This document shows, one piece after another, positions 1 to 12,600 of a DNA stretch of 64,000 bases. Location: NCBI GenBank assembly GCA_038087875.1, contig CM075991.1, forward strand, positions 2,542,001 through 2,606,000. Direction: 5' to 3'. Source of the stretch: Malacoraja senta. Its lineage: Eukaryota. Position 1 is the first letter of the stretch; each line of letters begins with the position of its first letter. The notes below the pieces were generated by a model that was not told the DNA's origin, made no database searches, and worked only from the letters and a program-made list of their open reading frames with translations. The position numbers were made by a program, and so were the translations under genes.

Positions 1-1849
1 ATGAAAAGTGGCGATGCTTGTGGATTGTGCAAAAAAAACTACAAAACAGAATGGAACAGAAACACATAAGCACATATTGCATATTTGTGGGAGGAAAAAA
101 AGGAAAAAAAACAGCAATTTTAAAAAGACACAACAGCAAAAAGGTCCAGTAAAGTTAGTCCCTGGAGAGATAGGAGTTTACAGTCCGAATGGCCTCTGGG
201 AAGAAACTCCTTCTCATCCTCTCCGTTTTCACAGCATGGCAACGGAGGCGTTTGCCCGACCGTAGCAGCTGGAACAGTCCGTTGCTGGGGTGGAAGGGTT
301 GCATAATAATGTTGTCCCTCAGATTCCTATTAAATCTTTTCCCCTCTCACATTGATTCTGGTACTTGGGGTAAAAGACTCTGTGCAGTTATCCTATCTAT
401 TCCCCTCATGATCTTGTTGGCACCTTGTGATGTATAGTTCCTGCAGGGGGGCGAGTGTAGTTCCCATAGTGCGTTCGGCCGAACGCACTACTCTCTGCAG
501 AGCCTTCTTGTCCTGGGCAGAGCAATTCCCAAACCAAACTAAACTTCTCTGAACTAAACGTAAACATTCAGTTTGCATATTGCAGAGCCTGGTTTATCAA
601 CCCATTGAAGCATTAGCTTCCAGGGACATCCAGAACGAAAAGAGATAGCACGGTTTGTTTAGGGAAAATCATATCTGACTAAATTGATTGAATTTTTCAA
701 AGCATTTGAATTTCCAAGATGCATTGATGAGGACAGTGCGATTGATATGGGCTGCATGGTCTTTGACAAGATCTCAATGGAAGCTGGTCCAAACGGTTGG
801 AGCCCGTGGGCAAGATGTAAACTGCGGCCAATGTTGGCTTGATAATAGCAGGCAACAGATGACAATGGAGATTATTTTGTCTTTGGACTACTGTGGTCAA
901 TGGCGTGTCACTAGGACTGTGTACCTTAGCTGTTTGATATCCAAGTTATAGATCTGGATATGAAAATGGGAAGCATTAGTAAGTTTGAAAATGATATGAG
1001 AATCGTTTGCGCTGTTGATAATGAGGAGGTTAATCATAGGCCACCGGGCGCTATTGGTCAATTGATAAGACAGGCAGAACAATGGCAGATGGAATTGAAT
1101 GCAGATAAATGCAAGGTACTGCATGTAGGGAAGTGTAATATGGGAAGGGCACACACCACAAATACTAAGGCCTGAGATGGGTAACAAAGACAGGGGAATT
1201 TCTGTTACAAGTCCCAGGAGCTCTGAAGGGAGCAGCAGAGGTAGGTTTGAGTTTAGTTTATTGCCATGTGTACCGAGGTACAGTGAAAAGCTTTTTTTGC
1301 ATGCTAACCAGTTAGCAGAAAGACAACACATGATTATAATCGAGCCATCCACAATGTACAGATAAATGATAGCGCGAATAACATCTAGTGCAAGATAAAG
1401 CCAGTAAAACCTGATCAAAGATAGTCCATGGGTCTCCAAGGAGGTAGTAGTTCAGGGCTGTTCTCTAGTTGTTGTGGGGGGAGGGGTGGTTCAGCTGCCT
1501 GTTAACAGCTGGGAAGAAACTGTCCCTGAAGTTTAGCCAGGGAGGTAATAGCTTACAGACAGGGAAGCTGGGGAAGATGACTTATGGTAAATAGGCTGGG
1601 GTCTTTTCCTTAGAGCAGAGGAGGCTGAGGGGGACCAGAGAAAGGTATACAGAATTATGTAGGACACAAATAACAGTAAATAGAAGGAACTTTTTCCTCA
1701 TATCTAACCACCCTGTGTAAAAGACTGTACATTCACGCTATCAATTCCCTCATGATTTTATAAAACCACCACTTAGCCTCCTGCGCTCTAAGGAATAAAG
1801 TCCTAGCCTGCCCAACCTCTCCCTGTAGCTCAAGCCCTCAAGTACCTAG

Positions 1850-1940
1850 CCGTCGTCATCGTGGCTATCGCTCAAGGTCGAGGATGATGGTCTACATCCT
1901 GTTGTTTTGATGGACGCTCAGGTGGCTTATGAGTCCAATC
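1850..1940 (-). mobile_element. RTE-type 3' end fragment inserted in a CR1
   Basis: CATCATCCTCGACCTTGAGCGATAGCC-(GAT/GAC)n tail interrupting CR1 at CCT(A/G)GC. Confidence 0.55.
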
Positions 1941-2149
1941 CTGGCAACATCCTCGTAAATCTTTTCTGCACTCTTTTCAGCTTAACGACATCCTTCCTAT
2001 AGCAGGGTGACCAAAACGGAACTTACTACTCCAAAATGCAGCTTCACCAACGTCTGTTCCAACTTCTCTCCTCTATCCCCTGACTGATGAAGGCCAATGT
2101 GCCAAAAGCCTTCTTCACCGCCGTGTCTACCGTGATGCCACCTTCAGCA

Positions 2150-2792
2150 GACCTCGCGACCTCATGGTCGCGTTGAGGCGCACGGGCATCGTATGGCCGC
2201 GCGGAGCCGGTCCCACTGAGAAGCGCGGAGGGGTATGTAGTTGTGCGCGACATCGCACGGGACTCTGAAATTTTTGTGAACAAAATGTTTGCGCGCCAAC
2301 GGCCTGTCGCGTAACTGACGGCCAAAGTGGGACAGGCCCAAGACCCTGGCGCGACGCAATGTCTCACCTCAAACAGCAGCAGAAACAGGCAAACAATCGC
2401 CGAGCTCGGCCTGGGGTTCACGGCTTTTGCGGTCCGGATCCACCCGCACTTCTACTCCCAGAGCGGGGCCAAGAAAATTGATGGACACAAAATGCAGGAG
2501 TAACTCAGCGGGACCGGCAGCATCTCTGGAGAGAAGGAATGGGTGACGTTTCGGGTCAAGACCCTTCTTTTCAGACTGAAGAAGATTCTCGACACGAAAC
2601 ATCACCCATTCCTTCTCTCCAGAGTTGCTGCCGCTCCCGCTGAGTTACTCCTGCTTTGTGTCCATCTTCAAATGACGTCACGCGCTCCAGATGGCTGTGC
2701 GTATGCATGAAATCGTACGCGACCTTCGCGGCTCAACGCGACCACGAGGTCGCATAATTTGCGTGCCAAGGACACGTAAGTGGGACAGGCCC
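2150..2792 (-). mobile_element. MITE with GGGCCTGTCCCACTT terminus that has captured a Penelope hairpin; one end truncated
   Basis: Inverse match to 10557-11059; subterminal inverted repeats at 2156-2177 and 2732-2753. Confidence 0.75.
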
Positions 2793-2999
2793 TTAAGGTT
2801 CAGCCTCTGACAATGAGCGAGGCCCAGAACAGAAAGGTCAGTATGGGAATGGGAAAGGGAGGTAAAATTGTTAGCACACGGGAAATCCAAGAGGCCTTGA
2901 CGGACCGAGCGTCAACACATCTTCTCATGCAGGTTTTGAGCATCTGCGCAACGTTGTTTCATCAACAGGTATACCTTGTCAAAAAACATCATCCCGTAC

Positions 3000-3128
3000 C
3001 TGAGGAAGAGGGGCGAGATGCTAGCCTGGATTTGGTGCAGGATTCCAATGACGTTCTCCACATTACAAGGTGACTTCTGATCAGACTCAGTTGTGTCAGC
3101 TATGTTTTCCTTCACAGCATCCTGCACT
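3000..3128 (-). CDS. GPAT2: GPAT2 coding exon (RVQDAVKENIADTTESDQKSPCNVENVIGILHQIQASISPLFLR); gene continues beyond the left edge
   Basis: Acceptor ttgtacAG and donor AG|GTACGG; 129 nt, phase 2 to 2, in frame with the preceding exon; resembles GPAT2 'VQRILGHIQAPPRPFLVR'. Confidence 0.85.
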
Positions 3129-3235
3129 CTGTACAAAAAGCGTCAATTGTTTTACCACACTTATCCCGTTCAAAAGCAGCAAAGAGGACAAATAGAGAGA
3201 TAATTGAACAATATTCGTGTGGAAATGGCTCTCAC

Positions 3236-3343
3236 CTGGGACTGTCGATGATTGTGTGTTGCAAAGGAGGTACATCGGGGTAAACCTTGCGCTCAGCAAG
3301 AAACAGGATGTAGCAGAGGCGTCGAGCCAGCCACCCTCGGTAC
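3236..3343 (-). CDS. GPAT2: GPAT2 coding exon (YRGWLARRLCYILFLAERKVYPDVPPLQHTIIDSP)
   Basis: ctgcAG acceptor, GTGAG donor, 108 nt; RGWLxRRL motif of the GPAT1/GPAT2 N-terminus. Confidence 0.92.
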
Positions 3344-4009
3344 CTGCAGGAGCACAACAGTCATAGCTCAAGAGCGCCATTGTGACCGGCATCAACAGTG
3401 ACACAGCTACTAGAGACACTGCCTAACAGCGCCTGACACCTGGGTTCATCAGAAGATCAGAAGTGATAGGAGGGTCATAAGTGATAGGAGCAGAATTAGG
3501 CCATTCGGCCCATCAAGTCTACTCCGCCATTCAATCATGGCTGATCTATCTCTCCCTCCTAACCCCATTCTCCTGCCTTCTCCCCCATAACCTCTGACAC
3601 CCGTACTAATCAAGCACTACCCGTACTTGCATGTTCTCCCTGTGATCACATGGGCTTCATCTGGGTGCTCCAGTTTCCTCCAACTTTGCTAAGGCATGGG
3701 CTAGTAGGTTAATTGGCCTCTGTAAATTGTCCCCCAGTGTACCGATGATTGGTAGAATCTAGGGGGAGTTCAAGAGAATGAGGGAAGAATTAAAAAAGCG
3801 GGATTAAGGTAGGATTAGTGTCAATGGGTGGTTGATGGTCAGTGTGGACCTGATGGGCCGTACGGTCCTTTCATGCTGCATCTTTCCAGGACTTCATCCA
3901 TCGTCAGCTTAGTGCTAATCGGGTAAAATAGGAGGGCAAATATACACTGTACAACATCAGATTACACACACCGGGAAGGATATCACATACTAACACCATA
4001 AAAACCATG

Positions 4010-4860
4010 AAACGACACTGGAGTGACTCAGCGGGTCAGGCAGCATCTTTGGGGAACATGAATCGGTGATGTTTTGGGTTGGGACCCTTCTTCAGATTGC
4101 TTGCAGAGGTGGAAGAGAGGAGGGGCTGGACAAAGCCTGGCAGGTAACAGGTGGTTACAGGTGAAGGTGGTGTTTGACAGGCAGATAGTTCGACAAAGGC
4201 CAGAGAAAAAAGAATTGAAGTGTTGAAAATTGTGAAGCTAGTGGAAGAAATGCAGGTGGAAGGGAAGGAGAGAAATGCAGGTCCAGGTGGGGCAGAGGGA
4301 TGAGGGGAGGGGAGAGAACAGAAAGAGAGGGGGAGGTTTACGTTCCCTCAAATGGGAGGATCCAAACCGTTGGGATGTAAGCCGCCCATGCAGAATATGA
4401 GGTGTTGCTCCTCCAGTTTGCATGTGGCCTGACTCTGGCAATGAAGGCAGCCCAGGACAGATAGATCAGTGCGGGAATGGGAAGGGGAGTTAACATTATT
4501 GGCAATCAGGAGATCCAGTCGGCCTTGGCAGACCATGCACAAGTGTTTGGCGAAATGGTCGTCACGTCTACGTTTGGTCTCGCCGATGTACAGGAGGTGA
4601 CACCGGGAACAGTAGATGAAGTTAGAGGAAGTGCACGTGAAACTCTGTCCCACCTGGAAGGACTGCTTCAGTCCCTGGATGGAGGCAAGGAAGGAGGCAG
4701 AGGAACAGTTGTAATATCTCTCTTCCCCTGCCCCCCTCCTTTACAATCAGCCTCAAGAAGGGTCCTAACCTATCCACATACTCCAGAGATTCTGACCCAG
4801 AATTACTCCAGCACTTTGAGTCTTTTTTTTGTAACCCAGCATTTGCAGTTCCTTGTTTCA
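4010..4860 (-). mobile_element. Penelope-like 3' fragment (GIY-YIG) flanked by inverted terminal pieces
   Basis: ORF 4348-4653 FTCTSSN..YC...LYIGETKRR; terminal hairpin-repeat halves at both ends. Confidence 0.8.
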
Positions 4861-5129
4861 CATAAAAACCATGGATTGGCATGGATGAGACTGCTGTAGA
4901 TTATTAATATCTTTAGTTAAACATAACTGCAATGCATCTTGTTTGATTTGTCATTACAAAGCAGCAAAATGGCACCATCCATCCATCTATTCTGCATGAT
5001 GCTACAGTATTCTCCAGAGTTGTCAGATAAAGCAGACTGTAACACGTTGACAGCAATCAAATCAAAGTGCTCCATGCTTCCAATACACCAGTGCTGATAC
5101 CCCATTAAAATGCCACAAGGCTGGATTGC

Positions 5130-5645
5130 TGGAATTATGTTCAGTTCTGTGCACCATGTTATAGAAAAGATGTTGTTAAGCTGGAAAGGGTGCAGAGAAC
5201 ATTTACAAGGATGTTGCCAGGGCTAGAGGGTCTGAGCTACAGGGAGAGGTTGAGTAGGCTGGGACTCTATTCCTTGGAGCACAGGAGGATGAGGGGTGAT
5301 CTTATTGAGATGTTTAACATCATGAGAGGAATAGATAAGGTAAATGCACAGAGTCTCTCGTCCAGAGTAGGTGAATCGAGGACCAGAGGACACAGGTTTA
5401 AGATGAAGGGGAAAAGATTTAAGAGGAATCTGAGGGGTAGTGGGTTTTTGGAACAAGCTGCCAGAGGAGATAGTTGAGGCAATGACTATCCCAACATTTA
5501 AGAAACAGTTAGACAGGTAAATGGATAGGACAGGTTTGGAGGGATATGGACCAAACACGGGTAGGTGGGACTAGTGTAGCTGGGACATGTTGGTCAGTGT
5601 GGGCAAGTTGGGCGGAAGGGCCTGTTTCCACACTGTGTCCCTCTA
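5130..5645 (+). mobile_element. CR1 LINE 3' end; opposite-strand CR1 piece follows at 5730-6310
   Basis: QRTFTRMLPGLEGLSYRERL..LGLYSLEHRRMRGDLIE. Confidence 0.88.
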
Positions 5646-6452
5646 GGACTCTAGGACACTGGCTTCACTGCCTAGTTACTGAACAATGCCTCATGCAATG
5701 TCTCCAGTGCAGTATCACCCAAAAACTAGAATCATAGAGCCAAACTGCATGGATACAGGCCCATCCTCCCAACCTGCCCATGATGACCCATCCACACTAG
5801 TCCCACCTGCCCACATTTGGCCCATATCTCTCTAAATATGTCCTATCCATGTACTTGTCCAAATGTGCTTTAAATGTTATTCTAGTACCAGCTCAACCAT
5901 CTCTAGCTGCTCGTTCTATATACCCACTACACTCTGTTTGAAAAAGTTGCCCCTCAGGTTCCTATTAAATCTTTCAACTCTTACCTTAAACCTACATTCT
6001 CTGGTTCTTATTCCCTTACTTTGGATAAAAGACTCTGTGCATCTACCCTATCTATTCTCCTCGTGATGCTATGCTCCACTATAAGATCATCCTTTATACT
6101 CCTACGATCCATGAAATAAAGTCCTAGCCTGCCCAATCCCTATAGCCCAATCCCTCAAATCCTGGCAACATCCTCGTATACCCTCACTGCACTCTTTCCA
6201 GCTGAACAACATCGATCCTACAGCAGGGTGATCAAAACTGAACACAGTACTCCAAATGTGGCCTCATCAATGTCTTGTGCAACTGTAACATAACATCCCA
6301 ACTTCTATACTCAATAAATAGACACAAAATGCTGGAGTAACTCAGCAGGACAGGCAGCATCTCTGGAGAGAAGGAATGGGAGACGTTTCAGGTCGAGACC
6401 CTTCTTGAGATGAAGGGACTATTGTCCCTAATTTGCTGAAAGGCTTCTAGAC

Positions 6453-6685
6453 CAAGGGTTCCCAACGTGGGGTAAATTTACCCCTAGGGGTAAATTTCAC
6501 CTACCCAGGGGATGAATTTCTTGATTCTGGATTTGTACATATTTTCTCTGATTGACAGACTGTGTTTGGTTCTGGTATACCGGTATTTGTTCATCATTAG
6601 TTGTTCATAAATAAGTGAACTAACATTGTTATGTGCTGTTAAATTTACCTGGGGTAAACGGGACGAAAAAGGTTGCAAACCCCTA
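6453..6685. mobile_element. hAT (Charlie-like) MITE
   Basis: 8-bp TSD TTCTAGAC, imperfect TIRs CAAGGGTTCCCAAC/GTTGCAAACCCCTA. Confidence 0.85.
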
Positions 6686-7189
6686 TTCTAGACCATCCTA
6701 TCTATCTGTGATGCCACTTTCAAAGAACTAAGAGAACACTTTGCACATAATGGAAATATGAAGCATCCGTGGAAAAACATTGACAACGTTCGACATCATC
6801 CAAGAATCTAGAACCATTGCTCTGAGGATTTTAAACTGGTGCAGGCTATTAATAATTGCATTTAATGAAGCTGGCCAGAAGATGTTACAATGCCGTCAGT
6901 ATACTGCAGAGGTGAGAACTCCACATGCGAGGCCACTGTCATTTTCTCAATCTATCTCTGGAACTCAGACAATGGAAATCATAGGACAGTACAGCACAGG
7001 AACGGGTCCTTTGGCCATGAATGTTTGTGCCCAACATGATGCCAAGTTAAACTGATCTCATCTGCCTGTTCATAATCCATATCCTTCTGTTCCTTGCACA
7101 TACACTTGCCTATCAAAACCCCACTTAAAGTCCACTATCGTACCTATCTCCACCACTGCTCCTGGCAATGTGGTCCGATTCATTTAAGA

Positions 7190-7490
7190 GTAAGGCGCAG
7201 CGGTAAAGTTGTTACCTTACAACGCATGTAGCACCGGAGACCCTGGTTTGATCCTGACTATGGGTGCAGTCTGTATGGAGTTTGTACCTTCTTCCCGTGA
7301 CCGTGTGGGTTTTCTCCGAGATCTTCGCTTTCCTCCCACACTCCAAAGACGTACAGGTTTGTAGGTTAATTGGCTTGGTATGAGTGTAAATTGTCCCTAG
7401 TGTGAGTGGGATAATGTTAATGTGTGGGGATTGCTGGTAGGTGCGGACCCGGTGGGCCGAAGAGAGATTCCGCGTTGTTCCTTTAAACTA
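7190..7490 (+). mobile_element. tRNA-derived V-SINE (HE1-like); further copies near 3620, 8280(-), 12640, 17955, 56120(-), 56930(-), 61855(-)
   Basis: tRNA-like head, GGAGTTTG..TTCTCCC.GTGACC..GTGGGT V-domain, CR1-like tail. Confidence 0.8.
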
Positions 7491-7651
7491 ATGTAAAGCA
7501 CAGAAAGTTACACAAAGCTCGCTGAGGGGGTGTGAGCATGACAAAATAACTCCAAACACCTCAATGACCTTTCAATCCACCTGTCATTCCAACTTCACTG
7601 CTGTCAAAGTAAAAAAGAACAAAGATGTCTGTAACTGCATTATCAACCTAC

Positions 7652-7725
7652 CTTGTTTGCTTCTCAGTCACAAGAATAGCATTTCGAAATCCCAGCAAGG
7701 GTAAGTACTTATGGAAAAGCAAGCC
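7652..7725 (-). CDS. GPAT2: GPAT2 coding exon (GLLFHKYLPLLGFRNAILVTEKQTR)
   Basis: ttccAG acceptor, GTAGG donor, 74 nt phase 0 to 2; matches the LGFxNxILV motif of GPAT2. Confidence 0.9.
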
Positions 7726-8559
7726 CTGGAATAACAAGATAATTTTAGTGTAGGAAGCTGCACTCAAAATATGAAGGCAAAGAAGCTGCGAGAGCAATAG
7801 AGGGTAATGCATGAAAACCATGAGATGGGCACGGCACACTAAGGCAGTGACGATTGAATTAAAATAAAAAGCCCTTGTGGGCAAAATCCATATGCAACTC
7901 TGATTCACAAACTGAACGACAGTATGGAAACAGGCCCTTCAGCCCACTGTGTCCGTGCCAACCACCGATCACTCGTTCACACTAGTTCTATGTTATTTCT
8001 ATGTTATGGTCTTCCCGGTTGTTATCAGGCAACTGACTATTCTATCAACAACCAGAGATCGTCCCATCCTGAGCTTCTCTCTACCTCATTGGTGAACCTC
8101 ACATCATTAATCGGACTTTACTGGAGTTTATCTTGCACTAAACATGATTTCTATTATCATGTGTCTATACACTGTGGATGGCTCAATTGTAATCATGTAC
8201 TGTCTTTCCGCTGTCTGGTTAGCATACAACAAAAGCTTTTCACTATATCTCGGTACATGTGACAACAACTAAACTGTCTTACTTTTGCATCCACTCCCTA
8301 CACATGAGGACGATATACAGAGGCCAATTAACCTCCAAACCAACATGTCTTTGGGATGTGGGAGGAATTCGGAGCACCCGGAGGAAACCCAGGATGAACT
8401 TGCAAACCCCACAGAGACAGCACCCGAGGACAGGATCAAACCCAGATCTCCTGTGCTGCGTCACTGTGCCGCCCGTAATATACAACGTGGAGTTCTAAAC
8501 TAAACAATTCTTTTCATGTTTTGGAAAATAGCTTCACTAAGGCGTATATTTTGCTTAAG

Positions 8560-9100
8560 CAAAACCCACAAAGTGCTGGAGGAAGGTAGTGGGTCAGGCT
8601 GGATCGGCAGAAGGAATGGCCAGATGATGTTGCAAATTGGGAACCTTCAACGGGACAGGCAGCATCTCTGGAGAGAAGGATTGGGTGACGTTTTGATCGA
8701 GACCCTTCTTCAGACTGGTTAGGGATAAGGGAAACGAGAGATATAGGATGGTGGTGTGGAGAGATAAAGAACAATGAATGAAAGATATGCAAAAAAGTAA
8801 CCATGACAAAGGAAACAGGCCATTGTTATCTGTTTGCAGGATGAAAATGAGAAGCTAGTGCGACAGGTGGGGGCGGGATAGAGAGAGGGGGGAAGCTGGG
8901 GCTACATGAAGCGAGAGAATGGTCTGTGGAGGAATGGGAAGGAGAATTAAAGTGTCCAGCAAGCGGGATATCAGGAAGGTTCAGGCGGGCTGGGCGAAGG
9001 TGTTCTGCAAAACGATCGCCCAGTCTGCGTTTTCGTCTGACCGATGTATAAGAGTCCAGGAGGTGCAAGTGAATCTCTGCCTAACCTGAAAGGACTGTTG
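8560..9100 (-). mobile_element. Penelope-like 3' fragment
   Basis: KRRLGDRFAEHLR..HFNSPSH peptide plus terminal repeat. Confidence 0.75.
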
Positions 9101-9303
9101 GGATCCCATCACTCCCCGCTCAATCTACACTTCACACTGCCTCGGAAAAGTAGCCAACCTAATACAAGACCTGTCCCACCTCAGTCATTTTCCCTTCTCC
9201 CTGCTCCCATCGTGACAACGGTACTGAAACTTAAGCTTAACTCAGGAACAGCTTCTTCCCCTCTGTTATCAGGTTTCTGAACAGTTCTTCCATAAGCTAG
9301 GGT

Positions 9304-9645
9304 AATAATAATAATAATAGATTTTATTTATATAGCGCTTTTCAGGACTCAAAGTCGCTTTACATTGAGAGTCAGGAATAAACAAAACAAAATAGAGCAG
9401 TAAGACAGAGATGCAAAGGGGAGGGGAACATGGGACTAAGGGTATGCAGAGGTGAAGAGATGGGTCTTGAGGCGGGACTGGAAGATGGTGAGGGACTCAG
9501 AATTTCGGACCAGTTGTGGGAGGGAATTCCAGAGCCTGGGAGCTGCCCTGGAGAAGGCTCTGCCTCCAAAAGTGCAGAGGTTTGATTTCGGAGTGGAGAG
9601 GAGACCAGCTGATGTGGATCTGAGGGACCGTGAGGGTACTGTCTG
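9304..9645 (-). mobile_element. L2 LINE 3' end
   Basis: RSLRS...GGRAFSRAAPRLWNSLP..LKTHLF; tail GTAAAGCGACTTTGAG..AAGCGCTATATAA-(ATT)n. Confidence 0.85.
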
Positions 9646-10120
9646 ATTCACCTCAACCTCATTGTGGACATTGGGCTTTGCTTATGGACTGGTGCGCTAC
9701 AATGCTGAGAACTATATTCTGCACTCTGTATCTTCCCCTTTGCTCTCTCTACCTATTGTACTTGTGTTTGGCTTGATTGTATTTATCTATAGCATTAGCT
9801 TACTTGATTGGCTAGCAAGCAAAACTAACCTTTCACTGTTCCTTGTTTAAGAAGGAACTGCAGATGCTGGAAAATCGAAGGTAGACAAAAATGCTGGAGA
9901 AACTCAGTGGGTGAGGCAGCATCTATGGAGCGAAGGAAATAGGAGACGTTTCCTTCGCTCCTTGCACTGTTCCTTGGTGCACGTGACAATAATAAACCTA
10001 GGCTTCTATGCCACAGAGTCTCCAGGCCTCTACGCCACATAGTCTCCAAGAGACTAATGAGCTCAAAATGCTATGCCTGGCCCGAGTTATAGTTCGCTAT
10101 AAGCAACACATTTCTTTTAC

Positions 10121-10240
10121 CCAGCTTTGTGGAGCACAGATGTAGCAGCAACGGCCTACGAATGGCCGGGTATTCCCCAAGAGACTGATACCTCCAGATA
10201 GGCCTAAAGTCGGTACAGATAACACGCCCGCGTGATTCAC
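10121..10240 (-). CDS. GPAT2: GPAT2 coding exon (VNHAGVLSVPTLGLSGGISLLGNTRPFVGRCCYICAPQSW)
   Basis: Polypyrimidine-ctAG acceptor, GTAAA donor, 120 nt; RPFVGRCC motif of GPAT1/2. Confidence 0.92.
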
Positions 10241-10556
10241 CTAGGAGCAAAAGAAAAACAGTAGCATTCTTTAAAGCTTATCTGTAGTATTGCAAATTTA
10301 GAATATTTCCTTTTCTTAAGATGTGCTTTCTAGTTCCTTTGATGGTCAGCTCTCTTGAAGTTGAACGTTGAAAATATTAAGTGTAGGAAAACTGCAGATG
10401 CTGGCTTAAATCAAAGATCAACACAAAATGCTGGAGTAACTCAGCAGGGCAGGCAGCATCTCTGGAAAGAAGGAATGGGTGATGTTTCGGGTCGAGATCC
10501 GTCTTCAGACTGATGTCAGGGGAGTGGGCAGATAACATGTGGTCGGAGACAGTAAA

Positions 10557-11059
10557 GGGCCTGTCCCACTTATGTGTCCTTGGCACGCAAATTACACAAC
10601 CTCGTGGTCGCGTTGAGCCGCAACGGTCTCGCGAAGGTTGCGCGCGATTTCATGCGCCAGCACAGCCTTCTGGAGCGCGTGACGTCATTTGAAGATGGAC
10701 ACAAAATGCTGGAGTAACTTAGCGGGACCAGCAGCATCTCTGGAGAGAAGCAATGGGTGATGTTTCGGGTCAAGACTCTTCTTCAGTCTGAAAGAAGGGT
10801 CTTGACCCGAAACGTCACCCATTGCTGCTCTCCAGAGATGCTGCCGGTCCTGCTGAGTTACTCCAGCATTTTGTGTCTATCTTCAATTTTCGTGGCCCCG
10901 CTCTGGGAGTAGAAGTGGGGGCGGATCCGGACCGCAACGGCCGTGGGCCCCAGGCCGAGCTCGGCGATCATTTGCCTGCTTCTACTGCTGTTGCAGGTGA
11001 GACGTTGCGTCGTGCCAGGGTCTTGGGCCTGTCCCACTTTGGCCGTCAGTTACGCGACA
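10557..11059 (+). mobile_element. Second copy of the same MITE, truncated, inside a Penelope element
   Basis: Co-linear with the reverse complement of about 2305-2792. Confidence 0.75.
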
Positions 11060-12600
11060 ATGCGGACCGAGCGGAGGTGTTCGGCGAAGCAATCGCCAAG
11101 CCTACGCTTGGTCTCACCGATGTAGAGCAGCTGACACCTAGAGCAGCAGATGCAATAGATGAGGTTGGAGGAGGTGCAGGTGAACCTCTGTCGCACCTGG
11201 AACGACTGCTTAGGTCCTTGAATGGAGTCGAGGGGGGAGGTAAAGGGACAAGTGTAGCATCTCTTGCGGTTGCAAGGGAAAGTGCCCGGGGAGGGGGTGG
11301 TGCGGGAGGGAAGGGAAGAATTGACCAGGGAGTTACGGAGGGAGCGGTCTTTGCGGAAAGCAGACAGGGGGGGGATGGGAAGATGTGGCGAGTGGTGGGG
11401 TCACGTTGGAGGTGGCGAAAATGATCGAGGACTATTTGTTGTATGTGACGGCTAGGGGGGTGGAAGGTGCGGACTAGGGGGACTCTGCCCTTGTTACGAG
11501 TGGGGGGATGAGGAGAGCAGTGTTACGGGGTATTGAAGAGACCCTGGTGAGAGCCTCATCTATAACAGGGGAGGTGAATCCCCGTTCCCTGAAGAATGAG
11601 GACATTTCCAATGCCCTGGTGTGGAACACCTCATCCTGGGAGCAGATGCGGCGTAGACGGAGGAATTGGGAGTAGGGGATGGTGTCCTTACAGGAAGCAG
11701 GGTGGGAAGAAGTGTAGTCTAGATAGCCATAGGAGTCAGTGGGTTTATAGTGGATGTAGGTCAGTAGTCTGTCACCTGCGATGGAGATAGTGAGGTCAAG
11801 AAACAGTAGGGAGATGTCGGAAATGGTCCAGGTGTATTTGAGTGCCGGATGGAAGTTAGTGGCAAAGTTGATGAAGTTGTGTGTGAGTGAAGGAGGTAGC
11901 ACCAATGCAATCGTCGATGAAGCGGAGGTAGAGGTTGGAGATGTGGCCCTGGTACGTCTCGAACAAGGATTGTTCGACGTACCCTACAAAGAGGCAGGCA
12001 TAGCTGGGCCCATGCGCGTGCCCAAAGCCTTGTATTTGGAGGAAATGGGAGGAGTCAAATGAAAAGTTATTTATGGTAAGGACCAGCGGAGGAGAGTATC
12101 TGTAGAAGGGGATTGGTTGGTTCTCCGGTCGAGGAAGAACCGGAGGGCTTTGAGACCCTCCTAGTGGGGGATGGAGGTGTAGAGTGACTGGACTTCCATG
12201 GTGAAGATGAGGGGATGGGGGCCTAGAGAACGGAATGCCGGAGACGACGGAGAGTGTCTGAGGTGTCTTGAACATAGGTCGGGAGGGATTTAACCGGGGG
12301 AATAGGATGGAGTCGAGGTAGGTGGAAATAAGTTTGGTAGGGCACGAACAGGCAGAGACAATGGGCCTGCCAGGACAGTCAGGTTTGTGGATTTTGGGGA
12401 GAAGGTAAAATCGGGCCGTGCGGGGCTGGGGAACGATGAGGTTGGAGGCTTGGGGGGGCAAGGAGCCTGAGTGGAAGTCAGTGATGGTGCTAGAGATAGT
12501 GGTCTGGTGCTCGCCTGCGGGATCATGGTCCAGGGATAAGTAGGAGGTGTCCGAGAGTTGGCGCGAGGCCTCAGCTTTGTAGAGATCAACGCGCCAGACT
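11060..12600 (-). mobile_element. Penelope-like retroelement fragment (RT plus GIY-YIG endonuclease), degraded
   Basis: FYLLPKIHKP..PGRPIVS, YLRFIDD, LDYTSSHP..IPYSQFLRLRRICS, LYIGETKRRL. Confidence 0.9.

Noticed and set aside
2912..2999. ORF extension YGMMFFDK... of the GPAT2 exon
   Set aside because: Similarity ends at the GTACGG donor; treated as intron read-through
10822..11424. 200-aa plus-strand ORF
   Set aside because: Spans MITE and antisense Penelope sequence; spurious
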